IMG/VR virus record: IMGVR_UViG_3300033074_000010
Location: 1-41,294 of that record
DNA length: 41,294 nucleotides
Origin: a virus
Taxonomy: Duplodnaviria > Heunggongvirae > Uroviricota > Caudoviricetes
Strand: one strand, 5' to 3'
The notes beneath the pieces were generated by a model. The model was not told the origin of the DNA. It made no database searches and was given only the letters and a program-made list of their open reading frames with translations. The first letter of the stretch is position 1, and every line of letters begins with the position of its first letter. Of the stretch, positions 41,206 through 41,294 are shown piece by piece. The translations under genes were made by a program, and so were the position numbers.

Positions 41206-41294
41206 TGGACGAATACGAAGGCATTTAGTAAAATTACTTCCACGCTGCTTGTGCTTGCATACTAAGCCCTGGTAAACCCGAAGCAGCAGCCCAA

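Noticed and set aside
1-41294. Prophage / integrative element interpretation
   Set aside because: No integrase, recombinase, attachment-site-like direct repeats or flanking bacterial genes are visible; the window reads as a free phage genome, though the physical ends cannot be determined from sequence alone.

Overview
The window reads as a nearly complete genome of a tailed dsDNA phage (siphovirus-like gene order, Enterobacteriaceae-like composition); I cannot assign it to a named phage from sequence alone. Layout: (i) 1-2050, terminator/promoter units and a run of tiny overlapping + strand ORFs; (ii) 2129-25144, + strand morphogenesis module (small and large terminase, portal, head morphogenesis, scaffold, major capsid, neck, major tail, tape measure, minor tail, J-like tip, tailspike), interrupted by a spanin pair at 7342-7837 and an antisense accessory operon at 13238-15406 (HNH endonuclease, HTH-metallophosphoesterase, membrane protein); (iii) 25173-36714, - strand replication/early module (SNF2 helicase, C5 cytosine methyltransferase, VRR-NUC, family A DNA polymerase, gp2.5-like SSB, Cas4-like exonuclease, AEP primase with P-loop domain, AlpA-like regulator) with one embedded + strand Cro-like gene; (iv) 36820-41205, + strand right arm of small genes, an HslV-like peptidase and the holin/endolysin cassette. 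No integrase, tRNA, rRNA or CRISPR array was found. The most unusual signals are two paralogous promoter-proximal structured RNA-like elements (7122-7230 and 36852-36963), a conserved palindromic box (TATAATAG-N4-CTATTCAC) at seven promoters, and the accessory operon inside the tail module. All functional calls rest on motif recognition and gene order by eye; no database search was run.
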